A stretch of DNA of 64,000 bases from Malacoraja senta. Taxonomy: Eukaryota. Below, piece after piece: positions 39,457 to 51,615 of this stretch (its first letter is position 1; each line of letters begins with the position of its first letter). The stretch lies in NCBI GenBank assembly GCA_038087875.1, contig CM075990.1, positions 15,688,001-15,752,000 on the forward strand. The letters are read 5' to 3'. Under the pieces are notes generated by a model. The model was not told the DNA's origin and did not search any database. It saw only the letters and a list, made by a program, of their open reading frames with translations. The translations under genes and the position numbers were made by a program.

Positions 39457-39643
39457 GGTAGACAAATTGCTGGAGAAACTCAGCGGGTGCAGCAGCATCT
39501 ATGGAGCAAAGGAAATAGGCAACGTTTCGGGCCGAAACGTTGCCTATTTCCTTTGCTCCATAGATGCTGCTGCACCCGCTGAGTTTCTCCAGCATTTTTG
39601 TCTACCTTCGATTTTCCAGCATCTGCAGTTCCTTCTTAAACAC
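39457..39643. mobile_element. Palindromic PLE pLTR pair (subfamily B)
   Basis: 15-bp TSD gagttatgaacacaa (39442-39456, 39644-39658); centre gtttcgg-g-ccgaaac. Confidence 0.88.
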
Positions 39644-40846
39644 GAGTTATGAACACAAATTCACTCATGGCTTTCAGGCAAAAGTTGACTTTTGCTGGAC
39701 CGAAAACAACACAAGTGATTACATGTGAATGGAGAAGAAGTAGGAATATGTAGGAAGGAACTGCAGGTGCTGGTTTACACCAAAGATAAACATAAATAAA
39801 AGGCTGGAGTAACTCAGCAGGACAGGCAGCATCTCTGGTGAGAAGGAACGGGTGATGAGGAATGGTCTCGACCTGAAACATCACCCATTCCTTCTATCCA
39901 GAGATGCTGCCTGGCCCGCTGAGTTACTCCAGCATTTTGTGTCTATCTTCGGGAAGCAGAAATAGTTACAATGCAGAGAGCCAGTATAACACAAGGGGCC
40001 AAATGGCTGCTGCTGTTATATGATTCTACTCGCCCCCCCCCCACCACGCCAATGCTCAGTTTGGAGGTCCCTCTATTTGCAACAGCCTGCAAATGCGCAC
40101 TTCACCGTAATAAACCTACGACCAAAACCTTTAGGAAGTTGCCAAAAGGGTAAATGCACAACAGTGAAGGGAGGAACGCAACTCGGGCATAACTCAAATC
40201 CCCAGAGATTCGGAATGAATTATGTTGTGATTGCAAACTATAATTACCACTGGACATACACGTAGCTGTCATATTTGAAATGTATCTTCAGCATCAATGC
40301 CATTAAGTTTCTCTAAATCTTGTTACTAATCCATCAATCGTGTGGCTATATTTATCGGATGGTTATGGCTTACCAGCTATAAAAAGATGTACAGCTGAGG
40401 ACCTGTCAGTACGAGACAGGGAACGCAGTGGATATTGCTTTGTGAACTGTCAGTTTCTTTGACAAGGATAGCTTGAAAACATGCAAAATGCTCCCGGGGG
40501 CTTCACTAGATCTTCTACCGAGAAAAAGCACAGAGGTATACACATATATACAAGAGGCTTCCCCCTCTCAGATGCTGATGCTTCTTATAACATGGCAAGA
40601 ATTTTCTCTCATTAGACCGGGTGCAATCCTAGTCACAGTCTATTGGTTCCTTTCCTCTGGGGAGACGTGAACGGTTCAGGGAAACTCTTCCAATTCTCCC
40701 AAAGAACAGGCATTTGGCCGATCCTCGGATATCAGGAAGTAATTTTCCTTGAATATCTGCTGAAAATAATTCCAAGTAACCTTAAGTTTAGTCTCAATGA
40801 ATGATGTCAGCAGAGATTGAGCAAAACCTTTCTGGGAACAAACTAA

Positions 40847-41270
40847 GTTCATACGTCGTAAGAACAGAATTATCCATCAAGGCTATTCCAACATTCAATC
40901 ATGGCTGATCTCTCTTTGCCTCTCAACCCCATTTTCCTGCCTTCTCCCCATTACTCTTGACACCCTTACAAATCAAGAATTTGTCAATCTCCATCTTAAA
41001 AATACCCAATGACTTGGCCTCCACAGACATCTGTTGCAATGAATTCCACATTAATCACCACCATCCGACTAAATTCCCCCTCATCTACTTTCTAAAGGTG
41101 CGCCCTTTTACTCTGAGGCTGTGCCCTTTGTTTCTAGACTCTCCCACTAGTGGAAACATCCTCTACCCAGGCCTTTCACTATTCGGTAAGTTGCAATGAG
41201 GTACCCCCTCATCCTTCTACACTCTAGCGAGTACAGGCCCAGAGCCATCAAACACTCATCATACATTACC
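40847..41270 (-). mobile_element. CR1 LINE 3' fragment
   Basis: Reverse complement of the 11222-11682 type sequence. Confidence 0.82.
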
Positions 41271-41502
41271 CAAGGCAAAATGTCAACTCATTTTACTACA
41301 AACCAATTGTGAAAGTTAAATTGAAGTGAGTATGGTAGCTTAGAGAAAACAATTTGATTATCTCAAGGTATTTGAAATCCTCTTTATTTCAAACTTTGCA
41401 AAGCGTTGAACAATGAATATTATTAAGTCAATTACAGGGTAATGATAACATATTCCTGTCCGTCCTTCATTGTCCCTGAACTGAGGAAGCAGTTCAGAGT
41501 TA

Positions 41503-42204
41503 AGGGCCTGTCCCACTTACGCGTCCTTGGCTCGCAAATTACGCGACCTCGTGGTCGCTTGAGGCGTACAGGCACCGTATGGCCGCGAGGGCCCGGTACC
41601 ACCTAGAAGCGCGGAGGGGTTGGAGTTGTGCAGGGCCGGTCCATCATCACGCGGGGCTCCGAAATTCTTGCAGTGAACGAAATCTTCGCTCGCCAACGGC
41701 CTATCGTGTAACTGACGGCCAAAATGGGACAGGCCCAAGACCCTGACGCGACGCAACGTCTCACCTCCAACAGCAGCAGAAGCAGACAAACGATCGCCGA
41801 ACTCAGCCTGGGGCTCACGGCCGTTGCGGTCCGGATCCGCCCCCACTTCTACTCACAGAGCGGGGCCAAGAAAATTGAAGATAGACACAAAATGCAGGAG
41901 TAACTCAGCGGGACCGGCAGCATCTCTGGAGAGAAGCAATGGGTGACATTTCGGGTCAAAACCCTTCTTTTCAGACTGAAGAAGAGTCTCGACACGAAAC
42001 ATCACCTATTCCTTCTCTCCAGAGATGCTGCCGGTCCCGCTGAGTTACTCCAGCTTTGTGTCCATCTTCAAATGACGTCACGCGCTCCAGACGGCTGTGC
42101 GTACGCATGAAATCGCGCCCGACCTTCGCTCGACCGTCTCGGCTCAACGCGACCAAGAGGTCGCGTAATTTGCGTGTCAAGGACACGTAAGTGGGACAGG
42201 CCCT
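41503..42204. mobile_element. PIF/Harbinger-type MITE (type 3 related, 702 bp) containing an inverted PLE pLTR pair
   Basis: ~50-bp TIR agggcctgtcccacttacg.gtccttg..cgcaaattacgcgacctc, TSD tta/tta, pLTR pair at ~41877-42070. Confidence 0.9.
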
Positions 42205-42427
42205 TTACTGAAACTAAAAAATGTTAGAAACACTCAGCAGGTATTAACTCTCTTTTCGCAGATGCTGCCGGACCTGCTGAGTGTTTCAAGTAATTTTAGA
42301 TTTTATTTCAAATCTCCAGGATCAGCAAGTTTCAAGCACAATGCTAGTTCTACAATTGTAAAGTTAGGCCAGAGTGGTTAACATAGAACATGGAACAGTA
42401 AAGGGCAGGAACAGTACTGGGCATGGC

Positions 42428-42817
42428 AGGGCAGTCACTGTGGCACAGCGGTAGAGTTGCTGCCTTACAGTGCTTGCAGCGCCGGAAACCCAGGTTCGGT
42501 CCTGACTACGGGTGCTGTCTGTACGGAGTTTGTACATTCTCCCCGTGACCGCATGGGTTTTCTACGAGATCTTCAGTTTCCTCCCACACTCCAAAGACGT
42601 ACAGGTTTGTAGGTTTAGGAAGGAACTGCAGATGCTGGAAAATCGAAGGTAGACAAAAATGCTGGAGAAACTCAGCGGGTGAGGCATCAGTCTGAAGAAT
42701 GGTTTCGACCCAAAACGTTGCCTATTTCCTTCGCTCCATAGATGCTGCCTCACCCGCTGAGCTTCTCCAGGTTTGTAGGTTAATTGGCTTGGAGTATGTG
42801 TAAATTGTCCCTAGTGT
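42428..42817 (+). mobile_element. HE1-like V-SINE interrupted by an inverted PLE pair (42616-42767)
   Basis: A-box-like tggcacagcgg and B-box-like ggttcggtcc; insert TSD caggtttgtaggtt (42602-42615, 42768-42781). Confidence 0.85.
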
Positions 42818-43394
42818 TGAGAGGGAAATTAGATTAGCCATAGTTGAATGGCGGAGCAGACTCGATGGACCAAGGGGCCAAATTCTGCTCCTATGTCGTA
42901 CAGTCTCATGATCTGTTCTTGCCAGCAACATCCACATCTTATAAATAAATATTAAAACATTCTCCTGCTCAGATCAGGAATACAGAATCAATGATTTCCA
43001 TTAAAATAATTGGGCCTGCAGTCTGTCATTACGAGAATTTCTGAAATTGTATGGAAAATAAATGATATTTATGAAAAGCACTTTAAAAATCGATTCAACT
43101 CATCAGTGGTGGCCTGTCAGATCCAATTATCTGCTATTATAATGGGGTTACTAACTAATATAAAGTATGCTTTATTAAAAGTACAGAGTACTCGTTACCT
43201 TGGGAGTTCTGACAACTTCCAGCCTTCAGGAATGTGTTCTGCACCGTCTCATTTGATTTCATGATATTTTTTAAGAAGGGAAAATGTGGAAACCAGCAAA
43301 GTAAAATGAGAGTGAATCTTTTATTTCTAAACACTGTGCTCTGTTGTAATTTCCCGGACAGGCTTGATAGATTGAAGGGGAAGTTAGCAAGTAA

Positions 43395-43420
43395 GAGAGA
43401 GAGAGAGAGAGAGAGAGAGA
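43395..43420. repeat. (GA)n microsatellite
   Basis: Seen directly. Confidence 0.95.
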
Positions 43421-43915
43421 CGATAGGAAGATAAGGGAATGGACTGGGATGAGGCTCCTCACTGTTGATGCATCGTTGACCTGGAAGGCCTTTATCTAAT
43501 GTGACCCTTTCACTACTTCATAATACTAATCTCTCCTGTTTATGCTCTTAGTTGCCTAGCCCTAAGCATTAGAGTTCCAGTTTGTTTCCCTCTACCTCTC
43601 TACCCCTCTTTCTTCAAGACTTCGGACCATTAGGTCACCACTCCCAATTTATCTTTATTTCACTCAATGTTTTTCATTTATAACGTTCCTGGGTGGAAGA
43701 TTGGGCCATGTAGTAGGGTGATATATAAATGCACATTGTTACTCTTTCTCAGTTGTGTATTGATCCATAACTAAGGAGTATCATCATCTGAGATCCCATT
43801 ATCTGCCCATCTGAGATCCCAGTTTGCTTCTTCACAATCAAATGGCAAAACTGTGATGTCCAGGGCTGACGTGCCGATACATCTCGATATAGGTCACAGC
43901 TGGTGCATTGGTATC

Positions 43916-44223
43916 TTTTTTTTCATCTTAAGCCCATTGCTCCTCGAGGGAGCATAGGCCATTGACAAATGTCCTCCACCTCACTCAGTTGCTGGCAGTT
44001 CCTTCGAGATCTCCCCAGTTGAGCCCACTCTCAGACATTTCTGTCTGGACACCCCTTCTCCAGCTGTTTCTGGGGCGACCTCTTTCCTTTTTCCTTGGGG
44101 GTCCCATTTCAGGGCTTGTGGCAGGTTTCCTGACGGTTTGTCCAATCCAACTCCATTTTCTCCTTTGAATTTGTAAGTCAATGGGCTCCTGGCTTGTTCT
44201 TTTCCACAGGTCCACATCGGTAT
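43916..44223 (-). mobile_element. RTE-clade LINE 3' fragment
   Basis: DLWKRTSQEPIDLQIQRRKWSWIG...QALKWDPQGKR..RGRPRNSWRR (frameshifted) is the typical RTE C-terminus. Confidence 0.85.
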
Positions 44224-44448
44224 GAGTACATTCAAATTGATTCATCTGGATTTATTTTTTTAACAAACTATAAAAAGGTGATACCCAATAACGAAAACCT
44301 GTCAGTATCGCACATTATTTGACACGATCTTGGGTTGTTTAGAAGACAAGTGAAACTAAAAACATTTGCCGTTTTTTTAAAGTTTCTCATTTTCCTGATT
44401 GAAAGTATTGAATTATTCAAAGAAAAATTGTTATTCAAAAAAAATTTA

Positions 44449-44685
44449 AATAGTCCTTCCATAAACTAGGGTACTGTCTGATTCACCTCTAACCCATTGT
44501 GGACATTGGACTTTGTCTATGGAACTGGTGTGCCACAATGCTGAAAACTATATTCTGCAGTCCGTATCTTCCCCTCGGTTCTATCTATTGTACTTGAATT
44601 TGACGTGATTTTATTTACATATAGTATAATCTGATCTGTAGGAAGGAACTGCAGATGCTGGTTTATACTGAAGATTGACACAAAA
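44449..44685 (+). repeat. 237-bp direct duplicate of 46818-47054
   Basis: Appears identical by eye and includes the junction between two different repeats (Rex-like 3' UTR and PLE pLTR). Confidence 0.92.
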
Positions 44686-45061
44686 AATAAAAAATTGAGG
44701 TCGGGTAAGGGGGGATGATAGTTGAAGAGTTGGTATGTCCTATTTACGTGATGCTCAAAAAAAAAAAACATTTGTTTTTCTTTTTTTCTCTCTCTCTTTT
44801 CTTTTCTTAGGGCCTATTTCTTAACTCTTTTTCTTTTTGTTTTTAATTTCGCTCTCATAGGGTCCTCGTCCTTTTTTTTTGTTGTTACATTTTCTACACT
44901 TTTCTACACTTGCACTTTTTCCTTCACTTTCTTCTCTCTTTCAATCTTTTCTTTCTTTAGTGTAAAAAAAAAAAAATAAAGGGAGTACATTAATTGTAAG
45001 AAGATATAAATGACGAGTATTAATGTATGTGGCTGTGATGTAATGTACTTCTAATATATAA

Positions 45062-45100
<39 letters not shown>
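44686..45100 (+). mobile_element. Probable L1/Tx1-like 3' UTR with long poly(A) tail
   Basis: G-rich then T-rich tract, ending in ~34 uninterrupted A (45067-45100). No ORF left to confirm the clade. Confidence 0.5.
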
Positions 45101-45102
<2 letters not shown>

Positions 45103-45419
45103 AAATTGGATATGTCCAATCATCATAGACAGTGAGAAACCACTTTTGACAATATGAGGTGTCAAAGACCACAAGTCTCACAGGATCCACAACCAAGGCC
45201 TGGTTACTGTTCAAGGACCATTTCCAGCCTGGTCATTCCCTCTTCTCCCCTCCCTGACTGAAGATAGAAAACCTTGAAACCACATACTACCAGATTCAGG
45301 AGCAGCTTTTCCCCCCAACTTCAAGCTAAAGGTGTAGTTCCGATCTCCCAACCGAGCTCATTACAGCACTAGCAATTTTTTTAAACCTGCTTTTTTAAAC
45401 CATGATACTATATTCTGTG

Positions 45420-45664
45420 CTAACTTCAGATAGCCCTTGCTTTCTCTCTCCATCCCCTTCCCAGTTCTCCCACTAGTCTAACTGTCTCCACCTACATTCT
45501 GTCTGTGTCCCGCCCCCTCCCCTGACATCAGTCTGAAGGAGAGTCTCGACCCGAAACATTGACCATTCCTTCTCTCCAGAGACGCTGCCTAACCCACTGA
45601 TTTACTCCAGCATTTTGTGTGTACCTTCGATCTAAACCAGCATACGCAGTTCTTTCTTACACAC
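45420..45664 (+). mobile_element. PLE 3' end (ORF stop, 3' region, pLTR)
   Basis: Colinear with 50681-50932. Confidence 0.85.
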
Positions 45665-45896
45665 TATATTCTGTGCCTCTGGTGTTATCTCTTTCACTAT
45701 CTGTTGCACTTGTGTAATGGCCTATTTGTACTAATGGATGGTTTGATTTGACAGCATAGCTCGCAAAGTTTTTCATTGTATCTCAGTACATGTGACATTA
45801 ATAAATCAATATCCGTGACAATAATGTCGATAATCTATGTGGGAGATTATAGCCTGGGAACATCTTTCACAAGATGGTCAACTGTGACCTGTTGCA

Positions 45897-46215
45897 AGTT
45901 TAGTGATACTGCGCAAAAACCGGCCCTTCGGCCCACCGAGTCGGCACCTACCAGCGATCCCCGCACATTAACACTATTCCACCATCCCACACACACTAGG
46001 CACAATTTACACATACACCATGCCAATTAACCTACATCCCTGTATGTCTTTGGAGTGTGGGAGGAAATCGGAGATATCGGAGAAAACCCACGCAGTCACG
46101 GGGAGAACGTACAAACTCCGTAAAGACAGCACCCGTAGTCAGGATCGAACCCGGGTCTACGACACTGCAAGCGTTGTAAGGCAGGAACTCTAACGCTGTG
46201 CCACCATGCCGCCCA
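45897..46215 (-). mobile_element. Full-length HE1-like V-SINE
   Basis: Minus strand starts gggcggcatggtggcacagcg, with B box ggttcgatcc and V domain. Confidence 0.88.
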
Positions 46216-47006
46216 GTGTACGTATGCATAAGTTCTGTATGTGAGTTGTGTTGTTGAACCACCTGAAGGCTTGACGAAGAAAAACGTAGAGGATTCTCGT
46301 TCCCCATCTACAAAGTAATGATCCCCCTGGGGTCATCGAATATAACTGCATGCAAGCTAAACAGCATCTCCATGCTGGAGCCTTCCTCATCTCTGGACGC
46401 TCCGAGATAACATTGGGTCAATTCAACCCCTTTGTGCTGGAAGGACAAAGCCAGGAAACGAGCAAAAGCCATGGCTCTGGAAGGAATTGCAAAATGTCAG
46501 TCAATCAATGATAAGTGAAATGACTGACGGTTTTGGCATCTGATGGATATCAGGGCAGCAGCAGCTCATCCAGCTTCAGTGATTCCTGACATGCAGGACA
46601 CCAGAGCTTATTTCGAAAGGTCATTCGGCAAATCCAGGATATCATGATGGAGGCATCACCTTTCACACAGACTCCTGAAAGGTAACTCACACTCTGTTTC
46701 CATTAAACTAGCGGGGGTCAATTTTCCCAAAATAAACTCAAACCAAATTATATTAATTGAGAAATAAGCCAAAAGAAAAATAAAATCTATTATCAGGCTT
46801 CTGTTATCAGTCTTCTGAATAGTCCTTCCATAAACTAGGGTACTGTCTGATTCACCTCTAACCCATTGTGGACATTGGACTTTGTCTATGGAACTGGTGT
46901 GCCACAATGCTGAAAACTATATTCTGCAGTCCGTATCTTCCCCTCGGTTCTATCTATTGTACTTGAATTTGACGTGATTTTATTTACATATAGTATAATC
47001 TGATCT

Positions 47007-47400
47007 GTAGGAAGGAACTGCAGATGCTGGTTTATACTGAAGATTGACACAAAATCCTGGAGTAACTCAGCGGAACAGGCAGCATCTCTGGAGATAAGGA
47101 ATGGGTGACGTTTCGGGTCGAGACCCTGCTTCAGACTGAGAGTCAGGGGAGAGGGAGACAGAGATATGGAAGGGTAAGGTGTGATCAAAGGGCACGATGA
47201 TCAAGGACAATGGAGAATGGTTCATTGCTAGCTGAGGGGAAGATGATGGCAAGGCATACAATCGGTAAAATTTAATCAGGAGGACAGTGAAACTAGTCGG
47301 AGAACTAGGATGGGGGAGGGATGGAGAGAGAGGGAAAGCAAGGATTACTTGAAGTTAGAGAATTCAACATTCATGCCGCTGGGTTGTAAGCTGCCCAAGC
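47007..47400 (-). mobile_element. PLE 3' end
   Basis: Minus strand encodes LGSLQPSGMNVEFSNFK-stop, then 3' region and pLTR. Confidence 0.85.
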
Positions 47401-47447
47401 TTGGGGTGCCCGTCACAAAAGTTCTCGGGGGAAGTAACTTAATCTAG

Positions 47448-47675
47448 AGGGCCTGTCCCACTTGGCCATCATTTGCGCATCACGCAGATGCGCGCGAAGA
47501 TTTTGTACATCACAAAATGCTGCGACGCCGCACGTCACTGCCTATGTCATCGCGCACCATGCGCGCGTAATGTGGACCATGCGCGCATCACGTGGATGTC
47601 ACAACGCGCGCGTCGTGACGCGTAAATGATGTCGCGTAAATTACGCGCAAATGACGGCCATGTGGGACAGGCCCT
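47448..47675. mobile_element. PIF/Harbinger-type MITE, internal type 4
   Basis: TIR agggcctgtcccac(t/a)tggcc.tcatttgcgc, TSD tag/tag. Confidence 0.88.
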
Positions 47676-50040
47676 TAGGGTCCTCCCACCAGGAGACTCA
47701 CAGGGGGGTGGGCCCGGTGTTACAGCCTCTCTAACACTACACTGATGTATTTTTGAAGTTGGAACCAGGAGCGCCTCAATGAATGTAGATAAAGCATGGA
47801 GATTTTAATAAAGAAACTACAGATGCTGGAATCTCGAGCAAAAAACAAAGCACTGGACAAACTCAGCAGGTCAGGCGGCATCAGCGGAAGAAATGGACAG
47901 ACGACAATTAAAGTCGAACCCCTCTTCAGACTGATAAATGCATGTCCAATGGTATTTATTGTACCTATTATGAATAAAGTCTATTTATAGAACAATAAGT
48001 GGGTGCCACAATCGCTGTGATGAATCGGGAACATTCCTTTATTCTTGTCACCAGCACCAATTAAAGAAATTAACCTGAAATTCTCACACTGTTCTTTCTT
48101 GGGATTTACTGTGTGCCACTTGCCTGAAGCTTCCCTACATCTCAGTCGTGACTAAAATTCAATAGTTCCTCAATTTGGGACAAGCAAAGGTCAAGAAAAA
48201 TGTTATCTAAATCTCAGTTCTCAGCAACCTCCAGGACAAAGCACATTTTGCATGTGCAAGATTTGATAATGCTGGCGTGATATTGCAGACAAACAACTAA
48301 AAACAAAAATATATCATATATAATCAGGATTCTTTAATTTAAAGATAGAGCATGGAAACATGTCTTTCAGCCAACTGGGTCCGCACCAACTAGTGATCAC
48401 CTGTTCACACTAGCTCAACGATATCCCATTTTTACATCCACCGTACAATTTACAGAGGCCAATTAACCCACAAGCACGTTTGGGATGTGGGAGGAACCCA
48501 GAGCATTCTGAGGAATCACATATGGTCACAGGGAGAATGTGCAAACTCCACACAGGCACCCGAGGTCAGGATCGAACCAGGTCTCTGGCAGCTGCTTTAC
48601 CAGCACGATTTAAAGTTGAACTAATTGTGCAACCACCTATTCATCACCCAGATAATAACATCAATTCATAAGTGCTATCCAAACCTAAGCTCACTGTTGG
48701 AAAAATGTTACAATGCTGTACTGGTTATAACTCAGGAAACCCTCAGCAGTGAATGTTAGGGTCCAATTCTACAGGTCAGGTGAAAACCCCAAACCGATTT
48801 AATGGGACACTTGACCTTGAGCTTCCAACCATATGCATGTCCTGTGGCCAGGCTGAAATGAGCACCTCGTCAGAATAATTTATTTCTTGAGCAATCGTGT
48901 AGACGGAGTGTTCTTTACAACTGAGTGTTCCCCTGGCTTCTATAATGCATAATAAAGAGGCAGTAATTAATCAAGGGAAGATCAGTGGTGAGACATTCTC
49001 CGTCATGGTAATAATTTCTCATCAAGAAGACTGTTTCTTCAGCCCAGTGTGAATGAGTTTGATTGTTTGCGATCTATGAACCATTTTGCTATGGAGCCAC
49101 CTCAATGTAGCCGGGAATGGGGATCATTCATGGCAACAATTGCCCGCAGGTTCCATCGCCATCACTGTCCAGTGGAAAAAGGCCAAGGCAATAGCTTCCC
49201 GCACACTGGGGACTGATCATCACCAGCTGAGATGAGAGTTTATCAACCTCAGAGCTGGCATGATACTCATGATCCACCGTGCACTCCTACATACTTCTGA
49301 GATCGGGACTACGCACATCAGGCACCTTCTGGGTCGAGGCCCTTCTTCAGACTTGACCTGCAACGTCACCCATTCCTTCTCTCCAGAGATGCTGCCTGTC
49401 CTGCTGAGTTTCTCCAGCATTTTGTGTCTATCTTCAGTGTAAACCAGCATCTGCAGTTCCTTACACCTTCAAGGGACTGCTGGTGCTGGAATCCTGAGCA
49501 AAAAAAACAAACTGATACAGATACTCAGTGGATCAGGCAGCATCTGGGAAATGTGCAGATGACATTTCAAGTTGGACTCTTTCTTCTTCACAGGAATTAC
49601 ACTTTAGGTTGGGGTCACCCATCAGTCTGAAGCAAAGTTCTGACCCGAAGCATTGTCTGTCCAGTTCCGCCCCACTGATGCTCCCTGACCCATTCCTGCA
49701 GCAACTTGTTATTGGCATCACTGATAGCCTCAGAAAAAATCTCCAGGTTCACTAGAAGGAACAGCAATGTTCTCTCTCAAGCATTAATATTAGAGTCACA
49801 CTCAGTTCCCTCTGGGCAGACTGCATCACTCGCATGCCCAACAACAGGCCCTTAAAACAGTCAGATTCTATTCTGAGCTGTCTTGGGAAGACAGAAGATC
49901 AGATTTCAGGGAGTGTTCAATTCTCCTTGGAGAAATGCATCATTCTCATTGACTCGAAGGGATCTCGGTCTCATAACCATTCAAAGTGAAGGAGAAGAAC
50001 GAGGGATGGTTTGTGAGCCTTGAGGCCTGGAGCACACAGT

Positions 50041-50326
50041 AGGCGGCATGGTGGCGTAGCCAGAGACCCGGTCCGATCCTGTCTACGGGTGCTTGTCTGT
50101 ACGGAGTATGTGCGTTCTCCCCGTTACCTGCGTGGGTTTTCTCTGAGGTCTACGGTTTCCTCCCACACTCCAAAGACATACAGGTTTGTAGGTTAATTGT
50201 CTTGGTATAAATGTAAAATTGTCCCTTGTGTGTGCAGGGTGGTGTTAATGTACGGGGATCGCTTGTCAGTGCGGACTCGGTGGGCCGAAGGGCCTGTTTC
50301 CGTGCTATATCTCTAAACTAAACTAA
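50041..50326 (+). mobile_element. HE1-like V-SINE
   Basis: Head ggcggcatggtggcgtagc, V domain, (ctaaa)n tail. Confidence 0.85.
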
Positions 50327-50391
50327 GAAGCACTGCATAAGCTGCAAACGGAGGTCACCACCTCGCACACTGCCATCATCTCCTCCAACAC

Positions 50392-50932
50392 CTCCTCCAA
50401 CCTCATTGACTGCATCTGTTGTTCCAGGTGTCAACCCCTGTACATCAGCAAGACCAAGCGCAGACTCGCGATCGTGTCGCTGAACACCCCCGCCCAGTCC
50501 GCCTTAACCTACCTGATCTACCGGTTGCTCAGCATGTTAACTCCCCCTCCCATTCCCAATCTGACCTTTCTGTCTTGGCCCTCCTCCATTGTCAGAGTGA
50601 GGCCCAGCACAAATTGGAGGAACAGCACCCCACATTTCGCTTGGGCAGTTTACACCCCAGCGGTATGAACATTAACTTCTCTAACTTCAGATAGCCCTTG
50701 CTTTCCCTCTCTCTCTCCATCCCCTCCCCCTTCCCAGTTCTCCCACCAGTCTTACTGCATCTGACTACATTGTATCTCTGTCCCACCCACTGCCCTGACA
50801 TCAGTCTGCAGAAGGGTCTCAACCAGAAACGTCACCCATTCCTTCTCTCCGGAGATGCTGCCCGTCCCGTTGAGTTACTCCAGGTTTTTGTGTCTACCTT
50901 CGATTTAAAGCAGCATCTGTAGTTCTTTCCTA
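50392..50932 (+). mobile_element. Penelope-like retroelement 3' portion: GIY-YIG endonuclease remnant and pLTR
   Basis: SSNLIDCICCSRCQPLYISKTKRRL-(frameshift)-DRVAEH...PVAQHVNSPSHS...KLEEQH..FRLGSLHPSGMN, stop at 50694, then a hammerhead-like motif at 50806-50833 and the pLTR body. Confidence 0.9.
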
Positions 50933-51169
50933 GAGAGCTTATTTGTCTTTTTTGCTTTATGCTGGCACTCATGAAACCTCTGCTGAATTGTGGTGATCTT
51001 ATCCCAGCTAAAGGCCGTTATCAATCACAGAGCAACTTGAAAGGAAATGATGAATGAAAACCTTACTTCAGCGTAATCTTGTGATTGACATCCCATTAGG
51101 GCCCATTCATTGGAAAGTGAACCTAAAACGTCACACACGTGACCAGTCCTGTTCGACCCCTTACCCTAA

Positions 51170-51615
51170 ATGAAGGAAGACTGGATAGACTCGGCTTGTA
51201 CTCGTTAGAATTTAGAAGATTGAGGGGGGATCTTATAGAAACTTACAAAATTCTTAAGGGGTTGGACAGGCTAGATGCAGGAAGATTGTTCTCGATGTTG
51301 GGGAAGTCCAGAACAAGGGGTCATAGTTTAAGGATAAAATGGAAATCTTTTAGGACTGAGATGAGAAATACATTTTTTACACAGAGAGTGGTGAATCTCT
51401 GGAATTCTCTGCCACAGAATGTAGTTGAGGCCAGTTCATTGGCTATATTTAAGAGGGAGTTAGATGTGGCCCTTGTGGCTAAAGGGATCAGGGGGTATGG
51501 AGAGAAAGCAGGTACTGAGTTGGATGATCAGCCATGATCGTATTGAATGGCGGTGCAGGCTCGAAGGGCCAAATGGCCTACTCCTGCACCTATTGTCTAT
51601 GTTTCTATGTTTCTA
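51170..51615 (+). mobile_element. Young CR1 LINE 3' fragment
   Basis: [32 protein letters not shown]; (tatgtttc)n tail. Confidence 0.92.
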
